From assembly GCA_964016885.1 (NCBI GenBank), contig OZ024742.1, positions 115,320,001-115,384,000 on the forward strand: 64,000 bases of DNA, read 5' to 3'. The stretch comes from Eledone cirrhosa. Its lineage: Eukaryota. Position numbers and translations under genes: made by a program. The notes beneath the pieces are model-generated. The model was not told where the DNA came from. It saw only the letters and a list, made by a program, of their open reading frames with translations, and did not search any database. Below are positions 13,671 to 30,458 of the stretch, one piece after another (the first letter of the stretch is position 1; every line of letters starts with the position of its first letter).

Positions 13671-15359
13671 CAACCACAGCCACACCCCTGGATACATTTT
13701 CTCATGCACACATTTACTCATTTACACATTTACACATATAAATATTATCATATCTATTAGAATTGTATCTTCGGGTATTTGGTTGATATCATGCTACATT
13801 GAGATAGCTTAGCCATGTGTGGGTATACATGCAGCTGAGGCATATGAGCACAAACAGGCAGACACTGCAAAATACACAAATGTGATAAGCGGACGTCTTA
13901 TCCATTCATTTATGCCTACCGCTACATATAAGAACACACAGGCACAGGCAGGTAAAATAAAAAATAAAGTTCGTCGCACATTTACACGCTTAACTATGCA
14001 AAGACATGCATGTATATGCACACAAACATAAATGCACAAGCTGTTTCTTGTTGAAGATTTCCTGTGTATATCACTGTTACTTTATTTTATTTGTGCTTTT
14101 AGTGAACAAACGCAAACAAGAAATTACTCCACATCATATGTTGCTATTGTTTTGCTGTCGGTTAGAATCCGTATGGAAACAAATTATCGAAATATGTAAA
14201 ACAGAAACAAATCAGAAATAACAAAAGCAAATACGAAATATCTTTCACAGAGTTCAACAAGTTTTGTTAGGAATGATAATCGAAACTAAAAGACAAACAA
14301 AAAATTATGGCAATTCAATATATTTGAAATTCGTTAGATTCTGTTTTTTCTTAATCGCTTTGGACAATATATTTTTGAGTATTTTCGATTAATTTAATTT
14401 AATAGAATTATGGAATATTTTATACAAAAGACGTTGGGCTATCGTATTTATATTCAAAACTGTGTTGATATCACAAATAAGTTCAACTGAAATCTGCTTT
14501 ATAAGTATTCTGTAATCGTTTAATCAAACCCATACACATGATCGGTAGTCAATTAGAAGTGTCACTGATGCATCGATTAGTATATAGTGCTCTGAATTCA
14601 AAATGACCGATTCGGTCTTCTATCTACATCCTTTTGTCGACAATGATGTGAGCTTTCCATGTGAAGAGTACGATGTCTGAAATGACATGAGCACGTAAAC
14701 TACTTAGCGAAACATAACACGTCTTTGTGGTATTCCCAATAACGGGTTCCAGACATACTGGTTTAATTGGTATCCATCAATTGTGACATATTGGCAAAAT
14801 TCATATTGTATTCTGTATTTAAATACCATTGATATCTACTTTACCCATCCTCTTTTTAATGCAGATAAAGAAAATACTAGCAAAGTGTATGTGCGATTCT
14901 CAATCCCTCTATCTGATACACATAAGATGAACCACAGGGCGAGCGTGCTTTCTCACAACTATATGAACTGTCTCAGCACATACTCGATTGATGAACGGAT
15001 TGATGAAATCGTAAAAATGCTAGTCAATCCTTGATCAAGTCATGACTGGTTGATGCTTTATCTCTAACAATATATTTGTACCTTCACAAGGCGTAATATG
15101 TATCCGTCTACATCAATTCCCCAAGACAGTGAATGGGAAATTGTTGCCAATCATCCAAGTATGATTGTACTGGTGTACAATGGCTGGAACTGGTACATAC
15201 TTACAGCGTGCATTTACGATTTCACAGTGTATTTTCATCTTAATTTGGTGAAATCATTAATTATGATACAACGCAAACACGTACACTTCTTCGCCCACTT
15301 ATTCTAGGGAGGGTTGTGGAGGAGGTATCGATCATGACTTCCAGTGCGTTATATCAGGG

Positions 15360-16200
15360 AAACCATTCCCAATTTATTCAGATGCATTCTCTACAAATAC
15401 CAGCCGAGTTCATAAATACTATACAACCATCTAGTTCGCGGCATTTTGCTAAAACTCCTACCGATTGGCTTTGCTAGTAAAATCTGTTCAACGATTCAGT
15501 CTTGAGGCATTCTGATAACATGCCCTTTGTTTCGGAGCTGTGATCTCTGAATTATCATAGGTAGCGGCTTTAAGCTGAACGACTTTCTGATTTCTGAGCT
15601 AGGCACTCTACCGAGTGACGTTACTCCGAAGACCCTTCCCAGGCACACAATTGCGGCCGTCTGTATTCCCGATCATATTCTTTCGGAAATTACCCAAGAT
15701 CCATGACCATATGTAGCGAATTGACCATGGTGAATTTGGCTTTTACAACTATCTCCATTCTTTTGATAACAGAATGCTGAAGCTGGAACATTACAAAACC
15801 AGCTTTGTAATTCGTGCATACAATTCAGCCGCCTGCTTTCCATCACTCATGATCACGACCTAGAGTTAATTGAAATCCACCGCCTAATTCATAGGAACTC
15901 TTCTAAATGTTGAGTGATATGCTGAATGTATACCGTTATACACAAAAATAGGGAGTTTAGCTTTTCAACTACCTTCATTCTTCTGACAACCGAATGATGA
16001 AGCTAGCGCATTAGTAGAGAGCACATGCAATTCCTACAGATAATCCAGCTTCATATCATACATCAGTCATAATCACTGCCCTGGGATACTTCAGTCCAAC
16101 CACCTGCCTCAGAAAAACTTTGCTGACATGTAGAGCGGTATACCGATGTTACACCGGCATAGACATGAAGAGTTTGGTCAAGTCTATTAGAAATGATTTT
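15360..16200 (-). mobile_element. Highly decayed RTE-clade (Expander/Rex3-like) LINE 3' fragment
   Basis: Minus-strand remnants TYGHGSWVISER, RVPSSEIRKS, RSQLRNKGHVIRMPQD, PRTRW resemble the RTE ORF C-terminus. Confidence 0.7.
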
Positions 16201-17792
16201 TCAGATTTTACAGAGTTGCTACTGCAGTAACTAGGTTACATTCTTTTACCTCATACCAGTAATAATGACCAAAATTCAATTGTGTAAATAATGATCATAA
16301 ACTGTAGATCAAAAGGTTACTAGTCCATTATAACTACACCTGTATATCGCTGTTAATTTATGCCATCGACCTTAGCATGGTGAAGGTAAAACTAAATGCA
16401 GAACTCAAATGAATATAAATAAATAACGATTTCTGATTTAGGCACTGATTTTGGACTTGAGCCCATAGTTCAGAATATAATAGAAATAGTTTTTCCCATG
16501 CCCTAATGATACTACCGTCACGCACACATATACAAGAACACACACATAAACACACACATAGTATAGATATAGAGAAAAGTCCATTATATTGATTTATCTA
16601 AATAGCATATTTTATTGACATCGGAAATGTGGAATTTAAAATTGACACTGATGTAATTTTTAGTCCGAACGTACCATTTTAGGTGTAAATACTGCAATAC
16701 AATTGTATTCAGCATTCTCCCCATTTTGTTATGCAGTTTCGTCAACATATTTCTTCTACTGAAATATTTCTTCACCATTATGTCACCGTGTTAGCCGCTG
16801 CGATCATATATCAATAACAAATACTACAATTAACTCTACATTTCAAGTAGTGTTTTCCATGACTACATCAACAAATACATAATATGCCAGAGACAGGGAT
16901 ATGCATAGAGATAGATTTATCTGCTATTTCAAACACAGTGTAACACCAGATAAATTACAATTGTTCGTGTTTATATGTATGTATAAAATTATCGAGTTAG
17001 TAAAATTTCAGCATTATCTTGAAATCTAATATCATTACCTTTTTAAAGATAATATTCGTTATAAGAACATTAGGGACAATAGTTTGACATTACATTTAAA
17101 ATATACTTTCCTTATTTCTGGTGATAATATTGAAGTGGTGAAAGTTTTAATTAGCATTAATACCCGATCGTAAAGAACTATTTAGTAGAGAGTAAATCTT
17201 TTTTTCTTATTCTTCATTTATATTTATTCTCCGTTCTAATTTTCCTTAGTCTATAATTTCCACTGTTATAATGGCATATATAGTATCAGGAATGTTTCAG
17301 TGTTAATCATCATAAAAATCTTTGTCAATTTAAGAATTTCGTTAGCAGTTCAAAGATAATGATATATAATTAGTATCATTAGAATCAATGTTTTTATCGG
17401 TTTGGCCTGTAGAAAAACATAGCAGTTATGTTAACGATTAAGATTCGATGCAGCGTATCAGTTAGAAACTATTGAATAGAGGAGTAAATGTACTCATATT
17501 TAGATGTCAGTGATGTAAAATTAACATTAGAATGCTTAATATGAAAATCCATATAATGTGCTCACAAACGCACATACATGTGTGTATGAGTGTCAGATAC
17601 AGTACATCACCAGTCAAACAAAGTCGTATCACAATTTGTTTTGTTAGAAGATTCAATTCTATTGTAAGCGTTTTTGACAAGTCAAAGATTTCCGCATAGA
17701 ATTCTCATTTCAGGTCACTAGGCTCGGAACACCCATAAAATGTGATCAGGGCTGACTATTACCTCTTAATTAATGATATATAAATACACACA

Positions 17793-17903
<111 letters not shown>

Positions 17904-19211
17904 ACACACACACACACGTACGCACACGCACACATGCACACACACACGCGACCCCCCCCCACATAAATATATGTGTATATATATATATATATATATGTAT
18001 AGCTGCGTCAATCCCTAATAAATACGACACGGGTGGTCCTCTTTAAGAGCAGATTTAAGAATAATAGTCATATATATATAACGTAGCAAATTATTTCAAT
18101 GAAGGTAATACATATGCTACTAATTTACAAAACTGAAATATCCCCACTGACTTTCGCAGAGAGCAGTCAAGCTCCTCACAGGAAATTCAATCAAAATAAA
18201 GGATTGCAGTATCCACAGCACGGACATGTTCGTACTTCCATGCATATCAAATTCACCAAACGAAATCATCTGCATTGTGACGGCATCTCTACGCATCCGT
18301 GCCAATGTACCCTTTCCCTTCTGTACATCCTCCTTAAAGAAAATCAAAGCGGAACATATAAAGATACACTCAGATCATCAAGGTTAACCTCCACAATTGG
18401 GATCGGATTTGCGGCAATCTGCGAATCAATAATAACTTATTACAACTGATACACACGCAAAATCGACAACAGGCAAAGAGTCAAAACCTTATGCGTTATA
18501 GAGAAATCTACTACGATTAACAATAGATAACATTTATAGAAAAGTATTTATTATAAATAGAAGAGTAAGCTCTAGCATTACGTCTAACTGACGCAGAATA
18601 ATGAATGTCAAACGTACAATATAAAGAATGATAGTTTCCCACACTCTTTCGTGTCATTTACTCTTTTTCTGTATATATGTTGCCTTAAATCTTCTTTTGA
18701 CAAAGCGATATTTGTTTCTAAAATGTAAGATCGAATTGAATCAACGTGAAGGCGATATTTAACGTTAACATTTATTCTCCTATTTGCGCTGCAGCAGTTC
18801 TATATAAAACATTCAATTCATAATTGATTACGTTGCGAAACAAAAGCATGAAATCAAACTTCGACTGATTATATCAGTAATGCCCCAGACACATTTGATA
18901 TACATAGTTACGCTATGCATGCTCTTTAGTAGGCATCAGCATAGGTGTGGCTATTTTCTGGCATGTAAAATCTATCTCTTGAACATCTCAATTTAAACAT
19001 TTAAGGTATTTTCTTTCTCTTTACTGCGACAATAAAGTGACATTACATATTTTTTCTTTTCAATATGGGGCTTCAAAATGAGACAGATATACGCTGTGCA
19101 GGGATTTCTGACTGAATGAAAGCCAAAGCTCTCAAACGGGCCAATTATGTAACGAACAAAGACATATTTGCAACACAAACACAGACACACAGACATACAC
19201 GCCCCGCCACC

Positions 19212-19302
<91 letters not shown>

Positions 19303-20529
19303 ACAGTTGATTGTGTGCTGGAGAGTTTTATTGATTAATTTACGCCCCAATATTTATTCATACATGTATTTATTTATTTATTTTATTTATTTATTTTTTT
19401 TATTATTTTGAATCTCATACGGTTCAGCCGTAGAACAACACGGAGAAAATGTACTACAGCAAGAAAAAGAAAACAAGTATATCAGAAATAAATTTCAAGA
19501 AAATGCGATTCTCTAATATAGAAATGAGATATTTCGAATGCAGAAAGTCAATGAGATATAAATTACTTGAAAAAGCCATCTAGACTATTAATGTGAACTT
19601 TTGTTTTGATTGATGAAATGTCTTCATTTTGTTATTTATTGGTTACTTTTAAGAAAAATAAAATCAAGAACAACTACAACTTGGACAAGAACAATATCAA
19701 CAAGTGCTACAAAAAACATGAACTCCCCCTAAAACAACACTCAGAGTAGATTCAACAGAATGATAATAAATAAAACAGATTCTATCATTATAAGCTTCAT
19801 TCAAAGTCAGAGGTGAATTAAGATTTTATAGGCTTGATTATAATTTGTGTCATTTTTGCTATACTTTAGAAACATGTAACTTAATTACATCAGAAAATTA
19901 TCTGGGAAATATTTGAAAAACCGGATGAATTCAAGATACAAGTATATTTCAACAATAATATAGATTTGCTTCAGTAAATTTAGTGAAGAAAACAATTAAA
20001 TTTTATATTATTAATTTTCTTTTTAAGAGAAGAAGAAATAACTCTAAATACTATCTTCGAGATGGAAGTTAAAAGAAACATAACAATAAAATGAAATTTA
20101 ACGGGGCATCTGGAAAAGTTACGTTAATTCTTCTCCTGATAAATGATCTATCATTGAAAATAATGAGCATCTATTCTAATACATTTATTCCGGAAACAGT
20201 ATACTTTTTTGTCAAAGAAGATTTATAAATTGTTCATAGGTTGTATGTTCAAAAATTACTGGGTCTGAGAACCGAACCAGACTGGTGAGTGCCGGGAATA
20301 AGACCACCAAATATCATTGCAATATGGTGAGACACAACACACGCAGTCATACCATATCGTCCTGCGTGCGGGTTAAGAAGGAACTTGTTCAAGGCTTAGG
20401 TAATGGAGCCTACTCGAATAATATATTGCAGTCACCATCTCATGCTGCATAAAATGTTGAGGGGATTGTGTCTGTTCTGGAAAATGTGGGATGGATGCAC
20501 AAAGATTGCGTATCCCAAGAATCAAATGA

Positions 20530-21120
20530 GAGAGTAAACTGTAGAATGTGGTACTGGAACATCACAAGATTTACAGGCAAAGAGCAGGATCTAGTGGAAG
20601 ATGCTAGATGCTACCGACTAGATATAGTCCGGGTTTACTTAACAACGTTTCGTGACTCCGATATTGTAGATTTGGATGGAGCATAGAAATTTCACTATTC
20701 AGGTGTGGCGCCAGACATAACTGAAAAGGTGGGAGTGGAGATGCTCAATCATCCGGCTATCACAATGTGTTATTGACCGCATTCCATTTGGAGGGAATGT
20801 GTGCCTCTTGAAAAATGTTGATTCATATGGTTGCAGTACCCACAAGGTGAGAAAAAGTGTGATAGGAAGTAACGGCAATCCCGATATATATAAGACTAGA
20901 GAGGCTTTGTAAAACCTCTATCTAGTAATGTTGTCTCTATTATGAACATATTTTTGCATCATATTAGTATTCATATATATATACATGGAATAAGAGGAAT
21001 CAGGAATAGATATGAATCATGTTTTTGTTATTGTCTCCAATCTCATCAATTCAGTGCTAGATGTTCGTATAGAGAAAGACTGAGCTGCCAAATTTTAACC
21101 ATCTAGTAATCTGGACCATG
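20530..21120 (+). mobile_element. Decayed RTE-clade LINE 5' fragment (AP endonuclease N-terminus)
   Basis: WNITRFTGKEQDLVEDARCYRLDIV resembles the Rex3/Expander WNVTSL.GKEPELV.E..RYRLDIVG start; later IMNIFL.H..IH.YTW. Confidence 0.7.
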
Positions 21121-21129
21121 AGACTACCT

Positions 21130-23658
<2,529 letters not shown>

Positions 23659-25388
23659 GATGGTGTGCAGGAGTATGGGGTCCTGGGAGACAGAGTTGAC
23701 ATCAACTGGAGTATCCTTGGGAAGCGTGAAGATCAAGAGAGGTATCTTCCAGGGAGATAGCCTGTCCCCTCTGTTGTTTGTCCTTGCCCTGATGCCCTTG
23801 ACCATTATGCTGCGAAAAGTGAGAGCAGGATACAAGTTGGGAAAGGGAGAGCTTACCATCAATCACCTCCCCTTCATGGACGATCTTAACCTCTTCGGGA
23901 AAAGTGAGAAGGAGTTGGATGTGCTTGTTGACACTGTCCGTATTTTCAGCAGTGATATATGTATGCAGTTTGGTGTTAGTAAATGTGGAGTCATTGTGAT
24001 GAGGAGGGGTAGGTTGAGCAGAAGTAACGGGATCCAGATACCAACAGGTGAGATGATAAAGGAAATTGACTCTGAGGAAGGATACAAGTATTTGGGCGTT
24101 CTGGAGGCTGATGGCATAAAGAACAAAAAAAATGAAGGAATTGTTAAGAACTGAATACATTCGGAGAGTAAGGAGCGTATTGAAGTCACATCTGAACAGC
24201 AGAAATGCCATAAGCGCAGTAAATTCCCGAGCTGTGTCTATTATTAGGTACAGTGCGGGAATTCTGAGATGGAATGTTGCTGAACAAAAAGAAATGGATA
24301 GGAAGACTAGGAAGCTATTGACTATCTACAACATGTTCCACAAGAGGAGTGATGTCGATAGACTCTACCTAAGGAGATCTGAGGGTGGAAGAGGTCTTAT
24401 CAGCATAGAGGACTGTGTTCAGATGGAGAAAAACAACCTATACAAATACGTGACCTATAGTAAGGAGCCAATGCTCAGAACTGTACTGAAGGAGGGGACA
24501 GTAGGCCAGGGGATGTCCAAGGAGGAAATAACATCAAGGAGGAAGAGCAGCCTTAAGGGAAAATCCCTTCATAGTACCTTCTTTGAGAAAACTGAATTTA
24601 GAGATCCCCAGACAGGGAACTGGTTGAGAAGAGGAGACCTCAAAAAGGCTACAGAAGGAATGCTAATGGCTGCGCAGGAGCAGGCCCTCAAAACGAAGTG
24701 GTTGAAGCACCATATCTACAAGGAGGAGGCTAGCCCACTGTGCAGGATCTGTGGAGAGAGAGAGGAGACTGTGGCTCACATTGTGTCCGAGTGTAAACAC
24801 CTAGCCCAGACCCACTATAAGGGCTGGAGACACGATGTGATGGGCAGGGTGATCCACTGGCACCTGTGCAAAGTAAACAATTTACCACATTCTGAGAAAT
24901 GGTATGAGCATAGGCCAGAGGCGGTGATGGAGAACAATCAGGTGAAGGTGCTGTGGGATTTTAGGATACAGACGGACAAAAAACTGGAACACAATAGACC
25001 TGACCTGGTGGTTGTGGACAAAGAAAAAAGATCGTGTCTGATTGTGGATGTGACCTGCCCATTCGACACGAGAGTGCAAGAGAAGGAGGGGGAGAAAATT
25101 AACCGATAACAGGACCTAAAGTGGGAGGTGAAAAGGATTTGGAACTGCCATGAAGTCAAAGTGATCCCGATTGTCATAGGCGCACTGGGGACTATCTCCA
25201 AAAGTTTCCAGGGATGGTTAAAGAAAATCGGCCCCTTCACGCTTTTTGGAACGCTTCAAAAGGCATGCTTGCTTGGAACAGCAAGAACCCTCCGATACGT
25301 CCTGAATATCTGAGGCTGCAGGTAGTGGCTTGATATTCATACCAACGCACTTCCCAGTTAACCAACATCAATGACTGAGATTCAAGGA
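23659..25388 (+). mobile_element. R4/Dong-clade RLE non-LTR retrotransposon, family A, 5'-truncated copy 1
   Basis: RT GIFQGDSLSPLLF, FMDDL, YKYLG; CRICGEREETVAHIVSEC zinc knuckle; RHD; RPDLVVVD..IVDVTCP restriction-like endonuclease; ends LRYVLNI*; flanked by (TAA)n. Confidence 0.93.
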
Positions 25389-25396
25389 ATAACAAC

Positions 25397-25485
<89 letters not shown>

Positions 25486-25550
25486 GTCTCTTGAGGTCAC
25501 TGGTTGTGACTTGGTGATAACTCGTATAAACATAAAGCAAGATAAATGCA

Positions 25551-25551
<1 letters not shown>
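25486..25551 (+). mobile_element. ~65-bp extreme 3' stub of R4/Dong family B
   Basis: Near identical to 28212-28278 (gtctcttgaggtcactggttgtgac...atgcaa), with (TAA)n on both sides. Confidence 0.85.
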
Positions 25552-25584
<33 letters not shown>

Positions 25585-25586
<2 letters not shown>

Positions 25587-28279
25587 GGCCAAAGCTGCTC
25601 GTACAAGGCGCTTTGAAAAACGATCTAGATTATATAAGGAAAATAATATGTTCAAAAACAACCAAAGAAAATTCTACAGAAGAATTGGTAAGTCAATAAT
25701 AACTGCTAAATCAATATCACCCAAGGAGGAAGTGCAAGAATTCTGGGAAAAGATCTGGGCCGAAGAAAAAATTCATAATATACATGCCCAATGGATAGAT
25801 AGACAAATGAAAGATACAGGTCACCTTGAGGAACAAATATGGGAACATATAACAGTTGAACAGTTGAGTTTGGCTCTAAGAAAAACCAGCAAATGGAAAT
25901 CCCCAAGAAAAGACAAAATTCAAAATGTTTGGATAAATGGCTTCACAGAGTCTCATGAGCTGTTAGCCCAACTTTACAATGAAATAGTTAAGGAGCCAGA
26001 AAAGATACCATCATGGCTAGTTAACGGCATTACATTCCTGCTTCCGAAGAATGATGAGACAAACAATCCCAAAAATTACAGACCGATAACTTGCTTGACC
26101 ACAATGTATAACATTTTAACATCAGTCCTAACTGAATATACATATGACAGCCTGATAACAAATGACCTATTTCCTATTGAGCAGAAAGGGTGTAAACGAG
26201 GCTCATATGGCTGTAAGGATCAGCATTTGGTTAACAAAATGATACTGGAAGATTGTCATAATAGACACAAAAATCTATCAATTGCTTGGATAGATTATAA
26301 AAAAGCATTCGATAGTTTGCCACACAGTTGGATTGAAAAATGTTTAGAGATTTTCAAAATATCTCCCGTGGTCAGGAGGTTTTTGTCATTCAGTATGAAG
26401 ACATGGAAAACGACACTCCTTTTGAATAGTGAAACACAATCAATGGAAGCTGGTGAAGTTAATATTAATTGTGGAATTTTTCATGGTTACTCATCATCAG
26501 CGCTTTTATTCTGCATCGCACTTATACCATTAAGTAATATGCTCAATACAACAAAGCATGGATATAAAGTCTATGACAAAACCATTAATCACTTGTTCTA
26601 CATGGATGACCTGAAACTATTTGCAAAATATGATGAACAATTGCAAAGGCTATTATCCACTGTGGAACAGTTCAGTGATGACATTAAAATGGAGTTTGGA
26701 CTAGATAAATGCGCCAAAGCAACGTTCACCAGAGGAAAGCTGCTGAAGAGTTCAGACATTAATCTTGATCGGGGGAATGTGATTAGAGAACTTGATCAAG
26801 AAGAAACTTACAAATATCTACGTGTTTGTGAAGGAGACGGAATCAAGTACTCGACAATGAGGGAAAAGATAAGGATGGAATGTTACCGGAGAGTAAGAGC
26901 AATCTTAAGAACGGAATTGAATGCAAGGAACAGGATCGATGCCATAAACACGCTTGCGATACCAGTTACAATGTCATCAACTGGTCAAGCACATAGATCC
27001 GTAGGCTCGATACAAACATTCGAAACTTTTTAACCATGCACAGAATGCATCACCCTAAAGCTGATATAGATAGAATATATCTCCCTAGGAAAGAAGGAGG
27101 ACTTGGGTTAATCCAGTTAGACATTGCGTTGAAACCTGCAACAATTGGATTATCTACATATCTAAGGGAATCACATGATTGGATGATCAAACTCGTTTTG
27201 AAACACGAAAGCATCAAACGATCATATTCCATTACAAAAGATGCACAAAGATACAGTAATGGACTACAAATTTCAGAAGTCCCATTTACTGCTGAAATGG
27301 AAAACACAGAAAAAGCAAAGCAGGTAAAAGTAACTGCAAATAAATAACTGCTACTAAAACTGGCTAAGAAATGGCAAGAAAAGCCTCTGTATGGAAAATA
27401 CCCAGACCGAGCTAACAATCCTGATGTTGACAAAACTTTAACCCATCAGTGGTTGGCATCCTCTGGACTGAAATCGGAGACTGAAGGACTGATTATATCA
27501 GCACACGATCAGTGTCTGCCAACAAACAATTACCAAGCCAACATAATAAAAAAATGGGTGCAGCCCATTATGCCGTGTATGCTAAAAACAACCAAAGACC
27601 ATTGACCATATAATTTCAAAGTGCAGTCTATAGCTCCAACCGAATACCTAAACAGGCATGACAGAGCTGCACAATACATACATTGGATAATGTGTAAGCA
27701 TTTTGACCTGCCCCATCAAAAGAATTGGTGGGAGCATCAACCACCTCCCATACTTGAAAAAGATCACATCTCAATCTTGTGGAACTTTAGCATCCAAACA
27801 GACCGAAAAATAGATGCAAATAGACCTGATATAATATTGAAGAACTTTAAAAAGAGAGTATGCCTGCTAATTGATATGTCCGTTCCAATAGACAAGAATG
27901 TATCTATAAAAACCTTTGAAAAATTGAGCAAGTACAAGGACATGGATATAGAAATTGGAATAATGTGGAAATTGAGAACTAAAACAATACCAGTGGTTGT
28001 AGGCGCTCTGGGAATGATACCTAAGTGGTCTTATGATTACTTATCGCAAATTCCAGGAAACCCGCGTATAGGAGAAATACAAAAGATAGTACTAATGGGA
28101 ACTACCCATATACTAAGGAAGATTCTGTCAATATAAGTACATCACAAGTCTAAACACTAAAGATGCATGTGTGAGTATGTATTTTCTTTCTTGGACACGG
28201 CGGAGCTTGTTGTCTCTTGAGGTCACTGGTTGTGACATGGTGATAACTCGTATGAACATAAAGTAAGATACATGCAACT

Positions 28280-28280
<1 letters not shown>
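25585..28280 (+). mobile_element. R4/Dong-clade RLE retrotransposon, family B, 5'-truncated copy
   Basis: RT: NYRPITCL, EQKGC, WIDYKKAFDS, HLFYMDDLKL, FGLDKC; RHD; NRPDIIL..LIDMSVP..KLSKYKD RLE; ends LRKILSI*; flanked by (TAA)n. Confidence 0.95.
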
Positions 28281-28328
<48 letters not shown>

Positions 28329-28329
<1 letters not shown>

Positions 28330-28475
28330 CCCGGGACCAAGAAATACCGGGATGGCGGCCGGCGGGGAATAGCCGTGTCTCTAGGGGAGAACGACCCCTC
28401 TAGTCTTGGTTGACATTCGTTCTAGAAGTGGTAACACGAAATGATTACCCCTTGGCGGATAAGGATAACACGCGA
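28329..28475 (+). ncRNA. Structured 5' leader RNA of the R4/Dong element (ribozyme candidate)
   Basis: Several complementary segment pairs, including loop-to-downstream (pseudoknot) pairings; see findings. Confidence 0.5.
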
Positions 28476-28488
28476 CAAAATAAAGTAA

Positions 28489-29886
28489 ATGTCTAATGAT
28501 AAATTCTCATACCGGATCGGCCGTCACCCGGGTAAAAAAGAGCCGCGTCCCTCAGAGAGGAACCAGACTGGGGTCGAAAAATCAGCAAATGGTTCAAACC
28601 TTCCCATCACTTCGGAGCTGGAGACCTTCCATAACCGGAATACTCCTACTGTTGGCTCTCCATGCTCACCACCAAGATATCCAAAGAAAAAGAGAGAAAA
28701 ATGGTCAAGGGAAGATAATAAAGAAGTCATTGAGGCTTTCTACACTGCTATGTACTACGCATCAAATACCTCGAATACAGAACAGACATATATCAACTGG
28801 AAAAAGAAACATCCCGAAAATAGAGGCTATATTGGGAGTAACAAACTACCCAATATACGAAAAAATATTGAAAAAAAAAAGTTACTAACTGATATAGAAA
28901 TTGATCAGATCAAGCTATTAGCACAAAGTCAGCGAAGGGAGAATGAAACATGTGTCAGGGAAAAGGAGGTAAATTGTAACACTTCGAATCTCAGTGTTGG
29001 GGCGGAATCACTGGCAACACAATACATTAAAGAAAGGATCGAAAAAGTGGAGGGATTCCATGCTCAAGATGAAACTCCAAATGAAAATAATGAGATCATA
29101 AATGATAAAGAAATGAATGAGTATGAACTTTCCAACTTGAAGGATGAAATTATGATCGAATGGATGAAAATGAAAGAATCTGACATGGGGCAGCGAGACA
29201 CCCTCCCTAAGATCCATAATTCCAAACAGAACCAAAAGATAATACACAAGACTAACATAATTCTCAAAAATATTATCATCACAAACAAACTAAATATTAC
29301 TGATTTAAATCATCTCTATTATGCATCGGCTAAAGTCACCGCTCACTTATGTGGAGTGAAGATGAAAAAACAAAGGAATTCCCACAAGAAATCTACTTGG
29401 CAAGAGAACATCAATCGCCAAATAAACCTTCTCCGATCTGACATAGAAATGTTAACAAACTATAAATTAGGTGAACATGTTAAACAAACTAAACTTAGAA
29501 ATATGAAAATAATGTATAGTATAAAATCAACATGTGACATAGACATGCTGATAGAAATAATCAAGCAAAAAGTGTCGGCCAAAGCTGCTCGTATAAGGCG
29601 CTTTGAAAAACGATCTAGATTCTATAAGGACAATAATATGTTCAAAAACAACCAAAGAAACTTCTACAGGAAAATTGGTAAGTCAACAATAACTGCTAAA
29701 TCAATACCACCCAAGGAGGAAGTGCAAGAATTCTGGGAAAAGATCTGGGCCGAAGAAAAAGTTCATAACATACATACCCCATGGATAGACAGACAAATGA
29801 AAGATACAGCTCACCTTGAGGAACAAATATGGGAAAAAATAACAGTTGAACAGTTGCGCCTGGCTCTAAGAAAACCAGCAAATTGA
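28489..29886 (+). pseudogene. R4/Dong ORF N-terminal region (465 aa open, then disrupted; RT continues in 29987-30445)
   Basis: ORF track; continuous homology to the RT of the family-B copy at 25585. Confidence 0.85.
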
Positions 29887-30458
29887 AATCCCCAGGAAAA
29901 GACAAAATACGAATTGTTTGGATAAATGCATTCACAGAGTCTCATAAGCCCAACTTTACAATGAAATATTTAAGGAGCCAGAAAAGATGCCATCATGGCT
30001 AGTTAACGGCATTACATTCCTGCTTCCGAAGAATGATGAGACAAACAATCCCAAAAATTACAGACCGATGACTTGCTTGACCACAATGTATAAAATGTTA
30101 ACATCAGTCCTAACTGAATATACATTTGACAACCTGATAACAATTGACCTATTTCTCATTGAGCAGAAAGGGTGTAAACGAGGCTCATATGGCTGTAAGG
30201 ACCAGCTTTTGGTTAACAAAATGATACTGGAAGATTGTCATAATAGACACAAAAATCTATCAATTGCTTGGATAGATTATAAAAAAGCATTCGATAGTTT
30301 GCCACACATTTGGATCGAAAAATATTTAGACATTTTCAAAATATCCCCCGTTGTCAGGAGGTTTTTGTCATCCAGTATGAAGACATGGAAAACGACACTC
30401 CTTTTGAATAGTGAAACAAAATCAGTGGAAGCTGGAGAAGTTAATAATAATAATAATT

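Larger units (their letters stand above)
28329..30445 (+). mobile_element. R4/Dong family B copy with intact 5' end, 3'-truncated
   Basis: 160-bp leader (GC-rich at its start), then ORF 28489-29886 with an R4-type N-terminus (KREKWSREDNKEVIEAFY). 29576-30445 is highly similar to 25586-26463. Confidence 0.92.
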
